Counted from the first letter of the stretch, positions 1 through 7,916 are shown. The stretch is 32,000 nucleotides of DNA from Porphyromonadaceae bacterium UBA4262 (GCA_002396085.1 DGWI01000042.1:28150-60149), one strand, 5' to 3'. Made by a program: numbers and translations. Notes: generated from the sequence alone by a model not told the origin.

Positions 1-1
1 C

Positions 2-166
2 TCGAAAGAGACCATCGAAATCGATGGCAAGACCTATCCCCTGGTGAAACTTGAGATCACCAGCTCGTCGCACCCCTACTTCACCGGCAAGCAGAAGTTG
101 GTCGACACCGCAGGTCGCGTGGACAAGTTCCTCAGCCGCTACGGCGATCGCAAGAAGAAGAAATAA
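2..166 (+). CDS. rpmE: 50S ribosomal protein L31, C-terminal part (5' end is outside the window)
   Basis: Frame 2 reads without stops as [54 protein letters not shown]. This carries the L31 signature HP-aromatic-aromatic-TGKQ..VDTAGRV.KF. Stop TAA is at 164-166. It is absent from the ORF track because no start lies in the window. Confidence 0.85.
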   Translation, partial: SKETIEIDGKTYPLVKLEITSSSHPYFTGKQKLVDTAGRVDKFLSRYGDRKKKK

Positions 167-185
167 TTCTTCACAACAACGACAT

Positions 186-225
186 AAAAAGCACCGAGTT
201 CACTGCAGTAACTCGGTGCTTTTTT
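186..225. terminator. Bidirectional rho-independent terminator between convergent L31 and YqeY-like genes
   Basis: Perfect 10-bp stem GCACCGAGTT (191-200) / AACTCGGTGC (210-219) with a 9-nt loop. It is flanked by A5 (186-190) and T6 (220-225), so a U-tract follows the hairpin on either strand. Confidence 0.85.
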
Positions 226-253
226 GTAATACCCTACGCCAGAGTAAAGTTGG

Positions 254-682
254 TTAAGACAGTTGGCGGATGGCGTCGCTGACGAGTTTGCCGCTGGCTG
301 CGGGATAGCGCTGCTGGACGAAGGCGAGGATGTTGCGCATGTTCTTCATCTCGGGGGGGAAGCCCGACTCGCGGATGGCAGCGATGATCTCGTCGTTGCT
401 GGGTTCCTTGGGGAGGAAGCCTTGCAGGATCTGCACCTGCTCGGCAAGTTCGGTCACGTCGCGGCCGGCATCGCGGAACGACTGCAACTCGTCGGCCCAG
501 GTTTTCTCCATCTTCTGGAGGATGGCGATCTCTTTTGCCTCGTTGAAGTCCTCTTCTTTGTAACCTTTGCTGGTCTGGAACTCGAGGAACTTAGCCTTGA
601 TCATCTTGAGGACATAGAGGCGGTTTTTGTCTTTGGCCTTCATTGCCTCGGCAATGTGGCGGTTAATTTCGGTATGGAGCAT
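254..682 (-). CDS. GatB/YqeY domain-containing protein
   Basis: 142-aa ORF with an ATG start (680-682). The sequence MLHTEINRHIAEAMKAKDKNRLYVLKMIKAKF...LPKEPSNDEIIAAI...GKLVSDAIRQ matches the length and pattern of the YqeY/GatB C-terminal-like family. Confidence 0.85.
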   Translation of the reverse strand: MLHTEINRHIAEAMKAKDKNRLYVLKMIKAKFLEFQTSKGYKEEDFNEAKEIAILQKMEKTWADELQSFRDAGRDVTELAEQVQILQGFLPKEPSNDEIIAAIRESGFPPEMKNMRNILAFVQQRYPAASGKLVSDAIRQLS

Positions 683-692
683 CTTTTTTTAT

Positions 693-727
693 AATTAAGA
701 ATTAATAATTTAGAATTTAGAATTGAG
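693..727 (-). repeat. Five in-phase heptamers AATTNAK; on the gene (minus) strand the same array reads as AATTCTN-type units
   Basis: Plus strand reads AATTAAG AATTAAT AATTTAG AATTTAG AATTGAG. The array ends 10 nt from the YqeY-like ATG. Confidence 0.9.
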
Positions 728-831
728 TCCATTGAAGAAGTGGTCGGTGATCATTCTCCACGAATTTCCATGAATTATCATTAATTACGGCTTAAATAAT
801 TTATGGAAATATCCGCTGGCTGAATTCATTT

Positions 832-999
832 ATTTATCAAGAATTAAAGAATTTAAGGACTGAATAATAACTACACGAGTGAGGAATTTATAAAACTCGA
901 GTATCACGAAATAGTTAATTCTTTAATTCTTACAATTCTTGAAAAATTAAAATCGTGACTTTAATAGATGGTCTAATAAACTAATTCCGCCAATGGGTT
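832..999 (+). repeat. Dispersed intergenic repeat, copy 1 (53-nt core at 947-999 plus a split palindromic head carrying a 92-nt nested insertion)
   Basis: 947-999 matches 8137-8189 at 50 of 53 positions. ATTTATCAAGAATT (832-845) and CTTGA (938-942) are contiguous in copy 2 (8111-8129). Confidence 0.85.
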
Positions 1000-1073
1000 T
1001 GGAAATTTGTGACCATTTATGGAGAATAGTGTTCAGACTTTTCCAAGTAGACTCAGAATTAAGAATTGGGCAA

Positions 1074-1757
1074 CTAGACTTCGACATGGAGATATTTCTC
1101 CTCGTCGGGATCGTGAGCACAATCACGGCCTGTATCATCTGGCTGCGCCTCTGAGGCCTTCGGAGCCTCAGTGGTTCCGTCAGGCTCATCGTCGGCGATG
1201 TGAGGGAGCGCTGGGGCGTTGCGGCGTGCCTTTCGCTCTGCAAAATACTCTTGCACACTGGTCACGTTGAACATGAGCAAACCGATGCCTGTCATCAGGA
1301 CAACATTGTCTTCGCGATTTCGCCACCCATCGACAAAGAGGATGAGTAAGCCGTACACGGTGACAATCAGTGGCAACAAATAATACCACCCCTTGACTTC
1401 GACCGCCTTGCGTGAGAGGAAGAGATAGATGATGTGGAACAGCCCCAAAACGATGAGCAAAGCCCCCATGAAGACGGTCAAAACCCCACTGAACAGTTGT
1501 GGCTTTGCCAACATAATGATGCCGAAACACAGTCCTCCGATAGCCGGTAAAACGCCCAGATAGTCATTGCTCACCTTAGCGGGTGTGTGCCTCAAGGCCA
1601 CCACCATCAGGTAGGCTATAGAGGGCAACATGAACATCATGCCGATGATGCGCGCCACCCAGTCGAGCAAGTCGGGCTGGTTATTGAAAACGATGAGCAA
1701 GATGCCTGCCAGAAGCAGGACCACGTTGGTCAACAGATTAATACTGATATTCTTCAT
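1074..1757 (-). CDS. DUF308/HdeD-like integral membrane protein with an acidic C-terminal tail
   Basis: 227-aa ORF with an ATG start (1755-1757). About six hydrophobic helices (LLTNVVLLLAGILLIVF, IIGMMFMLPSIAYLMVV, LPAIGGLCFGIIML, VLTVFMGALLIVLGLFHIIYLF, YYLLPLIVTVYGLLILF, VVLMTGIGLLMF) are arranged as in HdeD/DUF308 proteins. The family call is from pattern recognition only. Confidence 0.65.
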   Translation of the reverse strand: MKNISINLLTNVVLLLAGILLIVFNNQPDLLDWVARIIGMMFMLPSIAYLMVVALRHTPAKVSNDYLGVLPAIGGLCFGIIMLAKPQLFSGVLTVFMGALLIVLGLFHIIYLFLSRKAVEVKGWYYLLPLIVTVYGLLILFVDGWRNREDNVVLMTGIGLLMFNVTSVQEYFAERKARRNAPALPHIADDEPDGTTEAPKASEAQPDDTGRDCAHDPDEEKYLHVEV

Positions 1758-1758
1758 A

Positions 1759-1807
1759 TTCAGACGTTAGACGTTAGACTTCAGACCTTAGACGATAGAT
1801 GTCAGAT
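1759..1807. repeat. Seven tandem degenerate heptamers NTYAGAY abutting the DUF308 start codon
   Basis: TTCAGAC GTTAGAC GTTAGAC TTCAGAC CTTAGAC GATAGAT GTCAGAT, all in phase. An inverted copy ATCTGAC lies at 1832-1838. Confidence 0.9.
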
Positions 1808-1900
1808 CGCACAACACGCTGGTTGTTTTTTATCTGACGTTTTTTCAATGCGAAATTAATAAAACTTGTAAAAACAGCCAAAGGAATTGGGGATTTTTTG

Positions 1901-1908
1901 TACTTTTG
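1901..1908 (+). promoter_or_regulatory. Bacteroidota -7 promoter element TACTTTTG for the lipid kinase gene
   Basis: Matches the TAnnTTTG consensus and lies 17 nt upstream of the ATG at 1925. No well-spaced -33 TTTG was found. Confidence 0.4.
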
Positions 1909-1924
1909 CCCAAATTTTCTCGAC

Positions 1925-2821
1925 ATGAAGCGTTACAAGATACTCGCCCTAATCAATCCCATCTCGGGTGTTGGCGGCAAAGCCAAGATGCCTGAACTGA
2001 TTGCAAAAAAACTCGACCCTCAGAAGTTTGACCTGGAGATTGCCTTCACCGAGCGTCCAGGACATGCAACCTTGCTGGCACAGGATGCTGTGAGCGACGG
2101 CTATGACATCGTGTTGGCTGTTGGTGGTGACGGCACGGTCAATGAGGTGGGTCGTGCGCTGTGCGGCAGCAACACCGCGCTTGCCATTCTGCCATGCGGT
2201 TCGGGCAATGGCCTGGCTCGACATCTGCACATCCCCATCAATGCCGAGAAAGCCCTTGATGCGATGGACGGCGGCGTGTTTGACCAAGTAGACTACTGCA
2301 CGGTCAACGAGCAGCCCTTCTTCTGCACCTGCGGCGTGGGCTTTGACGCCCAGGTGAGTTACAAGTTTGCCAACGAGGACACTCGCGGACTGGTGACCTA
2401 CATCAAGACCACGATCAGCGAATACTTCCGTTACCGCGCACAGCACTATCGCATCACCATCGACGGCGAGACGATCGAGGAGAAAGCATTTGTCATCGCC
2501 TGCTGCAACGCTGCCCAGTATGGCAACAATGCCTTGGTTGCCCCCCGCGCGTCGATGCAGGATGGCAAGATCGACATCACGGTGATTCACAGTTTCAATC
2601 TGGGCGAGGCAGCCCTGCTGGGTGCCCGCCTGTTCACGAGTAACATCGACCGCGACCGTCATGTGAGTATTTACCGTGGTCGCGACATCATCATTGAGCG
2701 CGACGATGAGGACGTGATGCACATTGATGGCGACCCCGTGATGATGCCCGAAGTGTTGCACATCACTTGTCACCCGTCGGCCATGCGTGTGGTGGTTCCT
2801 GCCAGCAACGCTGTGATTTAA
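1925..2821 (+). CDS. Diacylglycerol/lipid kinase family protein (YegS/BmrU type)
   Basis: Contains the GGDGT motif (LAVGGDGTVNEV), the N-terminal MKRYKILALINPISG pattern and ILPCGSGNGLARHL. I prefer the ATG at 1925 to the TTG at 1898 used by the ORF track. Confidence 0.85.
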   Translation: MKRYKILALINPISGVGGKAKMPELIAKKLDPQKFDLEIAFTERPGHATLLAQDAVSDGYDIVLAVGGDGTVNEVGRALCGSNTALAILPCGSGNGLARHLHIPINAEKALDAMDGGVFDQVDYCTVNEQPFFCTCGVGFDAQVSYKFANEDTRGLVTYIKTTISEYFRYRAQHYRITIDGETIEEKAFVIACCNAAQYGNNALVAPRASMQDGKIDITVIHSFNLGEAALLGARLFTSNIDRDRHVSIYRGRDIIIERDDEDVMHIDGDPVMMPEVLHITCHPSAMRVVVPASNAVI

Positions 2822-2862
2822 TCAAGAAACTTAGACGACAACTCAGACTCTTTCCATACTAT

Positions 2863-3047
2863 TTAAGGTGGATTCTATAAATTCCCAAAAAGTTTTGTAA
2901 AAGTTTCGGCCATCTTGGGAGGCTTGCCGACATATTTTTCACCAACTTGCTGAGCCGTAGCCCACTACTGCTTCAGCAAGGTTGTCATAAAATCTGTTCG
3001 ACAACCCACTCCAAGCTGTCTCGAGCAATTTATAGAACCCACCTTAA
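2863..3047. repeat. 185-bp unit bounded by 21-bp imperfect terminal inverted repeats (MITE-like, or a long-stem RNA)
   Basis: TTAAGGTGGATTCTATAAATT (2863-2883) against AATTTATAGAACCCACCTTAA (3027-3047), with 20 of 21 positions complementary. An internal 8-bp hairpin CTTGCTGA/TCAGCAAG is also present. Confidence 0.55.
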
Positions 3048-3065
3048 TAATGAGTCACGACTTAT

Positions 3066-3097
3066 TCCTTCCCTTGATCAGGGGAGGAAAATTTTTT
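3066..3097 (+). terminator. Putative terminator hairpin upstream of the glycogen operon promoter
   Basis: TCCTTCCC (3066-3073) pairs with GGGGAGGA (3081-3088), with one G-U pair and a 7-nt loop. It is followed by AAATTTTTT. Confidence 0.4.
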
Positions 3098-3127
3098 ATT
3101 TATGTTTTTGAAAAATGTGGCAAATTG

Positions 3128-3159
3128 TTTGCATAGGTCTGAAAAAAGTTGTAATTTCG
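3128..3159 (+). promoter_or_regulatory. Bacteroidota sigma-A type promoter for the glycogen cluster
   Basis: TTTG (3128-3131), a 20-nt spacer, then TAATTTCG (3152-3159; 7 of 8 to TAnnTTTG). It lies about 70 nt upstream of the ATG at 3233. Confidence 0.5.
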
Positions 3160-3232
3160 TATCGTTAAACAAGACCCTATCACAATAAATAGGGAAATAT
3201 TAGACCTTTTAGTTCGATATAAACCACTCGAT

Positions 3233-5188
3233 ATGAGTTATTTGAGATTTGACAAGAACCTGATGATTAATTTGGACCAATCGTTGTCCAAAGAGATCTT
3301 GCGCACCAACCAGTCAGGGGCTTATCACTGCACGACCATCGTGGGTTGCAACACACGCAAGCAGCACGGCTTGCTTGTGATTCCGATTCATGAGTTGGAT
3401 GACGAGAATCATGTGCTACTCTCGACCCTTGACGAGACAGTGATCCAGCATGGCGCCCCTTTCAACCTGGGCATTCATCGCTACAAGGGCAATGTATTCA
3501 GCCCCAACGGGCACAAATACATCCGTGAGTACGACTGCGAACAGTTGCCCATCACCACCTATCGTGTGGGCGGTGTGATCTTGAAGAAAGAGAAAATCTT
3601 TGTCACGGGTGAGAATCGCATCCTCATCCGCTACACGCTGGTCGAAGCTCACTCGCGCACAACGCTGCAATTCCGCCCGTTCCTGGCATTCCGCAATGCC
3701 AACGACCTGTGCATCGAGAACAATGCCGCCAGCCGCGACTATGAAGAAGTTGCCAATGGCATTGCCACCTGCATGTATCCCGGCTACCCCAAGTTGTACA
3801 TGCAGATGAGCCGCAAGCCCACGTTTGTGTTTGACCCTCACTGGTACAAGGACATTGAGTACCCTAAGGATCAGGAGCGTGGCATCCCCTACAGCGAAGA
3901 CCTGTATGTGCCAGGCTACTTTGAGATTGACATCAAGAAGGGAGAGAGCCTGATTTTCTCGGCCGGTATCGACGAGGTGAAGCCGCGCAGCCTGACCAAG
4001 ATGTATGAGGACGAGGTGAAGCCTCGCACGCCGCGCAACAGTTTCTACAACTGCCTGAAGAACAGTGCCAAGCAATTTTACTTGACCAACAACGACGGTC
4101 ACTACCTGCTTGCCGGTTATCCGTGGTTCCACGTGCGTGCTCGCGACCAATTTGTGGCTCTGCCCGGTTGCACATTGTCAATCCACCACCGTCAGGACTA
4201 TGAGGCCATCATGGACACCAGCATGCGTGTGATGCTCGACTGGATGCACGAGGGCAAGCTAGACAAGCACTTGAAGGACATAGACCAGCCCGATGTGCCA
4301 CTATGGATCATCTGGGGGCTGCAACGCTATAGCCACGATCAATCAAACGACATCTGTCGTGAGCGCTATGGTCAACTCATCAGTGAGATGCTTGACTTCA
4401 TCATCGACGGCAAGCACCCCAATGTCAAGGTGGCACCCAACGGCCTGCTCACTGTCGATGGCACCGAGACACCCATGTCGTGGATGAACTCAACCTACAA
4501 CGATGGCCGCCCGGTCGTGCCTCGCACCGGTTATCTGGTCGAGATCAACGGACTGTGGTACAACGCGCTGATGTGCGCCATCGAGATATTTGAACCGATT
4601 GAGGATGCCACAGCCATGGTGGCTCGCTGGCGCGAAGTGGCCGAACGGGTGAAGACGTCATTCATTGAGACCTTCGTCAACGACTATGGTTACCTGTACG
4701 ACTATGTGTCGGGCAGTTACACCGACCTGAGTGTGCGCCCCAACATGGTCATCGCCGCCGGTCTCGACTACTCGCCGCTGGACCGTCGTCAGCGCAAGGG
4801 CGTGCTTGACGTGGCAACACGCGAGTTGCTCACCCCCAAGGGACTGCGCACACTCAGCCCCAACAGTTACGGCTATAGCCCATGGTACTTGGGCAACCCC
4901 GAAGAGCGCCACAAGGCCTATCACATGGGTCCATCGCGTCCGTGGCTCATTGGCTTCTATGCCAACACTTATATTAAGGTGTTCGGGCTGAACGGGCTCC
5001 CCTTCATCGAGCGAATGCTCATCGGCTTTGAGGAAGAGATGAAAGAAGGTTGCCTGGGCACCCTGAGCGAACTGTACGACGGCAACCCGCCATTCATCGG
5101 GCGCGGTGCTGTGAGCTATGCCGCCAACATTGCCGGTGTGGTGCGCATCGTGCGCATTTTCAAGAACCTGAAACTAGTTGATTATTAA
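3233..5188 (+). CDS. Glycogen debranching enzyme (GDE N-terminal domain plus amylo-alpha-1,6-glucosidase domain)
   Basis: 651 aa. The N-terminus MSYLRFDKNLMINLDQSLSKEILRTNQSGAYHCTTIVGCNTRKQHGLLV and the C-terminal (alpha/alpha)6-type region (LLTPKGLRTLSP..YHMGPSRPWLIGFY..LSELYDGNPP) are typical of the bacterial GDE family. It heads the GDE-GT4-GH57 cluster. Confidence 0.85.
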   Translation: MSYLRFDKNLMINLDQSLSKEILRTNQSGAYHCTTIVGCNTRKQHGLLVIPIHELDDENHVLLSTLDETVIQHGAPFNLGIHRYKGNVFSPNGHKYIREYDCEQLPITTYRVGGVILKKEKIFVTGENRILIRYTLVEAHSRTTLQFRPFLAFRNANDLCIENNAASRDYEEVANGIATCMYPGYPKLYMQMSRKPTFVFDPHWYKDIEYPKDQERGIPYSEDLYVPGYFEIDIKKGESLIFSAGIDEVKPRSLTKMYEDEVKPRTPRNSFYNCLKNSAKQFYLTNNDGHYLLAGYPWFHVRARDQFVALPGCTLSIHHRQDYEAIMDTSMRVMLDWMHEGKLDKHLKDIDQPDVPLWIIWGLQRYSHDQSNDICRERYGQLISEMLDFIIDGKHPNVKVAPNGLLTVDGTETPMSWMNSTYNDGRPVVPRTGYLVEINGLWYNALMCAIEIFEPIEDATAMVARWREVAERVKTSFIETFVNDYGYLYDYVSGSYTDLSVRPNMVIAAGLDYSPLDRRQRKGVLDVATRELLTPKGLRTLSPNSYGYSPWYLGNPEERHKAYHMGPSRPWLIGFYANTYIKVFGLNGLPFIERMLIGFEEEMKEGCLGTLSELYDGNPPFIGRGAVSYAANIAGVVRIVRIFKNLKLVDY

Positions 5189-5210
5189 CCTATAACCCAC
5201 CGAAAAGAGA

Positions 5211-6464
5211 ATGAAAGCATTAATGTTTGGGTGGGAATTTCCACCCCACATCTTGGGAGGATTGGGAACCGCCAGTTTCGGCCTTACTAAAGGCATGGCC
5301 GAGTGTGGCGATATGGACATCACGTTTGTGATACCGAAACCTTGGGGCGATGAGCCCAAGGACTTTGCTCGCATCATCGGTGCCAACACCACGCCTGTGG
5401 TGTGGCGCGATGTCAACTGGGACCATGTGCAAGAGCGCATCGGTCATGTGATGGATCCGCAACTCTACTATCAGTTGCGCGACCACATCTATGCCGACTT
5501 CAATCACATCGGCACCAATGACCTGGGCTGCATCGAGTTCTCGGGCCGATATCCTGACAATCTGCTTGAAGAAATCAATAACTACAGCATCGTGGCCGGT
5601 GTGATAGCCCGCAGCCTAGACTTCGATGTCATCCACTCGCACGACTGGCTCACCTACCCTGCCGGCATCCATGCCAAGCAGGTGTCGGGCAAGCCGTTTG
5701 TCATCCATGTGCATGCCACCGACTTTGACCGCAGCCGTGGCAATGTCAACCCCACCGTGTTCAGCATCGAGAAGGACGGCATGAATCATGCCGACCACAT
5801 CATCACGGTGAGCAACTTGACGCGCCGCACGGTCATCGAGAAGTATGGCATCAGCCCCGACAAGGTGACAACGGTACACAACGCCGTTGAGCCGCTGAGC
5901 GAAGAACTGCTCAACGTCGAGGTGCCGCCCAAGCACGACAAGATTGTGACCTTCTTGGGCCGCATTACCATGCAGAAGGGTCCTGAATACTTTGTCGAGG
6001 CCGCCGTGCAGGTGCTGCGCAAGGTGCACAACGTGCAGTTTGTGATGGCCGGTGGTGGCGACATGATGGAGAAGATGATTCGCCTGGCAGCCCGCCGCAA
6101 CATTGCCGACCGCTTCCACTTCGCAGGCTTCTTGCGTGGCAAGCAGGTCTATGAGATGCTCAAGGCCAGCGATGTGTACATCATGCCATCGGTGAGCGAG
6201 CCCTTCGGCATCTCGCCGCTCGAGGCCATGCAGATGGGTGTGCCGTCGATCATCTCGAAGCAGAGTGGTTGTGCCGAGATTCTGGACAATGTCATCAAGG
6301 TTGACTACTGGGACACCAACGCCATTGCCGATGCCATCTACTCGATACTGGAGTATCCCGGCATGTACAAGCAACTGCGCGAGAACGGTCTTGCCGAGGT
6401 TAACCAGATCACCTGGGACAAGGCAGGCCAGAAGGTTATCAATATATACCGGTCGCTGATGTAA
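5211..6464 (+). CDS. Glycosyltransferase family 4 (alpha-glucan/glycogen synthase-like)
   Basis: 417 aa with an N-terminal GWEFPPHILGGLGTA and a C-terminal GT-B E-x7-E region (MPSVSEPFGISPLEAM). It sits between the GDE and GH57 genes. Confidence 0.8.
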   Translation: MKALMFGWEFPPHILGGLGTASFGLTKGMAECGDMDITFVIPKPWGDEPKDFARIIGANTTPVVWRDVNWDHVQERIGHVMDPQLYYQLRDHIYADFNHIGTNDLGCIEFSGRYPDNLLEEINNYSIVAGVIARSLDFDVIHSHDWLTYPAGIHAKQVSGKPFVIHVHATDFDRSRGNVNPTVFSIEKDGMNHADHIITVSNLTRRTVIEKYGISPDKVTTVHNAVEPLSEELLNVEVPPKHDKIVTFLGRITMQKGPEYFVEAAVQVLRKVHNVQFVMAGGGDMMEKMIRLAARRNIADRFHFAGFLRGKQVYEMLKASDVYIMPSVSEPFGISPLEAMQMGVPSIISKQSGCAEILDNVIKVDYWDTNAIADAIYSILEYPGMYKQLRENGLAEVNQITWDKAGQKVINIYRSLM

Positions 6465-6483
6465 ATCCATGCTCCGGGTTCAA

Positions 6484-6508
6484 AATTCTTAATTCTCAAT
6501 TCTAAATT
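6484..6508 (+). repeat. Heptamer array AATTCTT AATTCTC AATTCTA AATT
   Basis: Units are in phase, and the array ends 10 nt before the GH57 ATG at 6519. Confidence 0.85.
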
Positions 6509-6518
6509 AACCAACAGG

Positions 6519-7916
6519 ATGAAAGCAATCTGTTTTTACTTCCAGATACACCAGCCGTTCAGGCTGAAGAATTACCGCTTCTTTGACATCGGCAATGACC
6601 ACTACTACTACGACGACTTTGCCAACGATGACATCATCACGCGCATCGCCCACCGCTCTTATCTGCCGGCCAACGAGATGTTGCTCGACATGATCAAGGA
6701 GAACAAGAAGAAGTTCAAGGTGGCATTCTCGATCAGCGGCATGGCTCTGGAGCAACTGGAGCAGTATGTGCCCGAGTTCATCGACTCGATGAAGGACTTG
6801 GCTGCCACAGGCTGTGTCGAGTTCCTGAGCGAGACCTACGCCCACTCGTTGGCCTCGCTGCAAGACCCCGAGGAGTTTGTAGCCCAGGTCAAGGCTCACG
6901 ATGAGAAGATCTACCAGTTGTTCGGTCAGCACCCCAAGGTGCTGCGCAACACCGAGTTGATCTATGATGACGACATCGCCTCGATGGTTCAAGCCATGGG
7001 ATTCAAGGGAGCCATCACCGAGGGTGCCAAGCACATCCTGGGCTGGAAGTCGCCCAACTATGTCTACAAAGCCGCAACCGCTCCTAAACTGAAGTTGCTG
7101 CTCAAGAACAGCAAACTGAGCGACGACATCAGTTTCCGCTTTGGCAACACCGACTGGGCTGCCTATCCGCTGACCGCCGACAAATACATCGGCTGGATTG
7201 CCAGCCTGCCACAAGAAGAGCAGTTGGTCAATCTGTTCATGAACTACGAGACCTTCGGTGAGATGCAGTCGCGCGAGAGTGGCATCTTCGACTTCATGCG
7301 CGCCCTGCCCCGATTTGCCGCCGAGCACGACATCCAGTTCTGGACACCGAGCGAGGTGATCTCTAAGTTGAAGCCCGTGGGCGAATTGACGGTGATGCAC
7401 CCCATCTCGTGGGCCGACGAGGAGCGCGATGCCAGTGCCTGGCTGGGCAACACGCTGCAGCAAGAGGCCGTCGACAAACTCTACAGCATCGGCGAGCGCG
7501 TGCGTCTGTGCCAGGACCGCCGCATCAAGCAAGACTGGTATCGCCTGCAAGCGAGCGACCACTTCTTCTACATGAGCACCAAGCACAACAGCGACGGCAC
7601 CATCCACTCGCTCTACAGCCCCTACGACTCGCCCTACACCGCGTTCACCAACTACATGAACGTGCTGAGCGACTTCATGATTCGTGTGGAGCAGCAATAT
7701 CCCAGCGACATCGACAACGAGGAACTGAACTCGCTGCTGCTCACCATACGCAACCAGGAGCACGAGATTGAGGAACTGAAGCGCGAAATCACGATGATGC
7801 GCACCAACCTGGACAAGGACATCACCGGCGACTTTGCCGAGACCCCTCCGGCCGATGCCGAGGAAGAGGCACCTACCAAGCCCAAGCGCAAGCGTGCCAC
7901 CAAGAAGAAAGCGTAG
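6519..7916 (+). CDS. Glycoside hydrolase family 57 (alpha-amylase / 4-alpha-glucanotransferase type)
   Basis: 465 aa. The N-terminal CFYFQIHQPFRL matches GH57 region I. A coiled-coil and Lys-rich C-terminal tail (KPKRKRATKKKA) follows. Confidence 0.85.
   Translation: MKAICFYFQIHQPFRLKNYRFFDIGNDHYYYDDFANDDIITRIAHRSYLPANEMLLDMIKENKKKFKVAFSISGMALEQLEQYVPEFIDSMKDLAATGCVEFLSETYAHSLASLQDPEEFVAQVKAHDEKIYQLFGQHPKVLRNTELIYDDDIASMVQAMGFKGAITEGAKHILGWKSPNYVYKAATAPKLKLLLKNSKLSDDISFRFGNTDWAAYPLTADKYIGWIASLPQEEQLVNLFMNYETFGEMQSRESGIFDFMRALPRFAAEHDIQFWTPSEVISKLKPVGELTVMHPISWADEERDASAWLGNTLQQEAVDKLYSIGERVRLCQDRRIKQDWYRLQASDHFFYMSTKHNSDGTIHSLYSPYDSPYTAFTNYMNVLSDFMIRVEQQYPSDIDNEELNSLLLTIRNQEHEIEELKREITMMRTNLDKDITGDFAETPPADAEEEAPTKPKRKRATKKKA

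Noticed and set aside
353-359. G7 (C7 on the coding strand) homopolymer inside the YqeY-like gene as a phase-variation tract.
   Set aside because: It encodes Pro-Pro (ttc ccc ccc gag) in a housekeeping gene. Seven bases is below the length usually associated with slipped-strand switching, and there is no supporting context.
693-727. Heptamer arrays (693-727, 1759-1807, 6484-6508, 24955-25000) as degenerate CRISPR or minisatellite arrays.
   Set aside because: The units are 7 nt long with no spacers, and no cas genes or leader are present. The arrays are too short and too degenerate, and they are consistently placed against start codons. They are not CRISPR.
947-1258. 103-aa minus-strand ORF spanning repeat copy 1 and the 3' end of the DUF308 gene.
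   Set aside because: It overlaps the DUF308 CDS out of frame, runs through repeat sequence, and has R/S/P-rich composition with no recognisable motif. The equivalent frame in copy 2 is closed by a stop directly before the shared segment.
2863-3047. Calling the inverted-repeat-bounded unit a promoter inverton controlling the glycogen operon.
   Set aside because: I found no TAnnTTTG -7 element on either strand inside the unit. There is no nearby tyrosine or serine recombinase. A separate well-formed promoter lies downstream at 3128-3159. I retained it as a lower-confidence alternative inside the finding.
7700-7916. Coiled-coil and Lys-rich C-terminal tail of the GH57 protein as a fused separate gene or domain.
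   Set aside because: The reading frame is continuous with no internal start context. It is simple low-complexity sequence plus a heptad-like segment, and I cannot show it is atypical for the family without an alignment.
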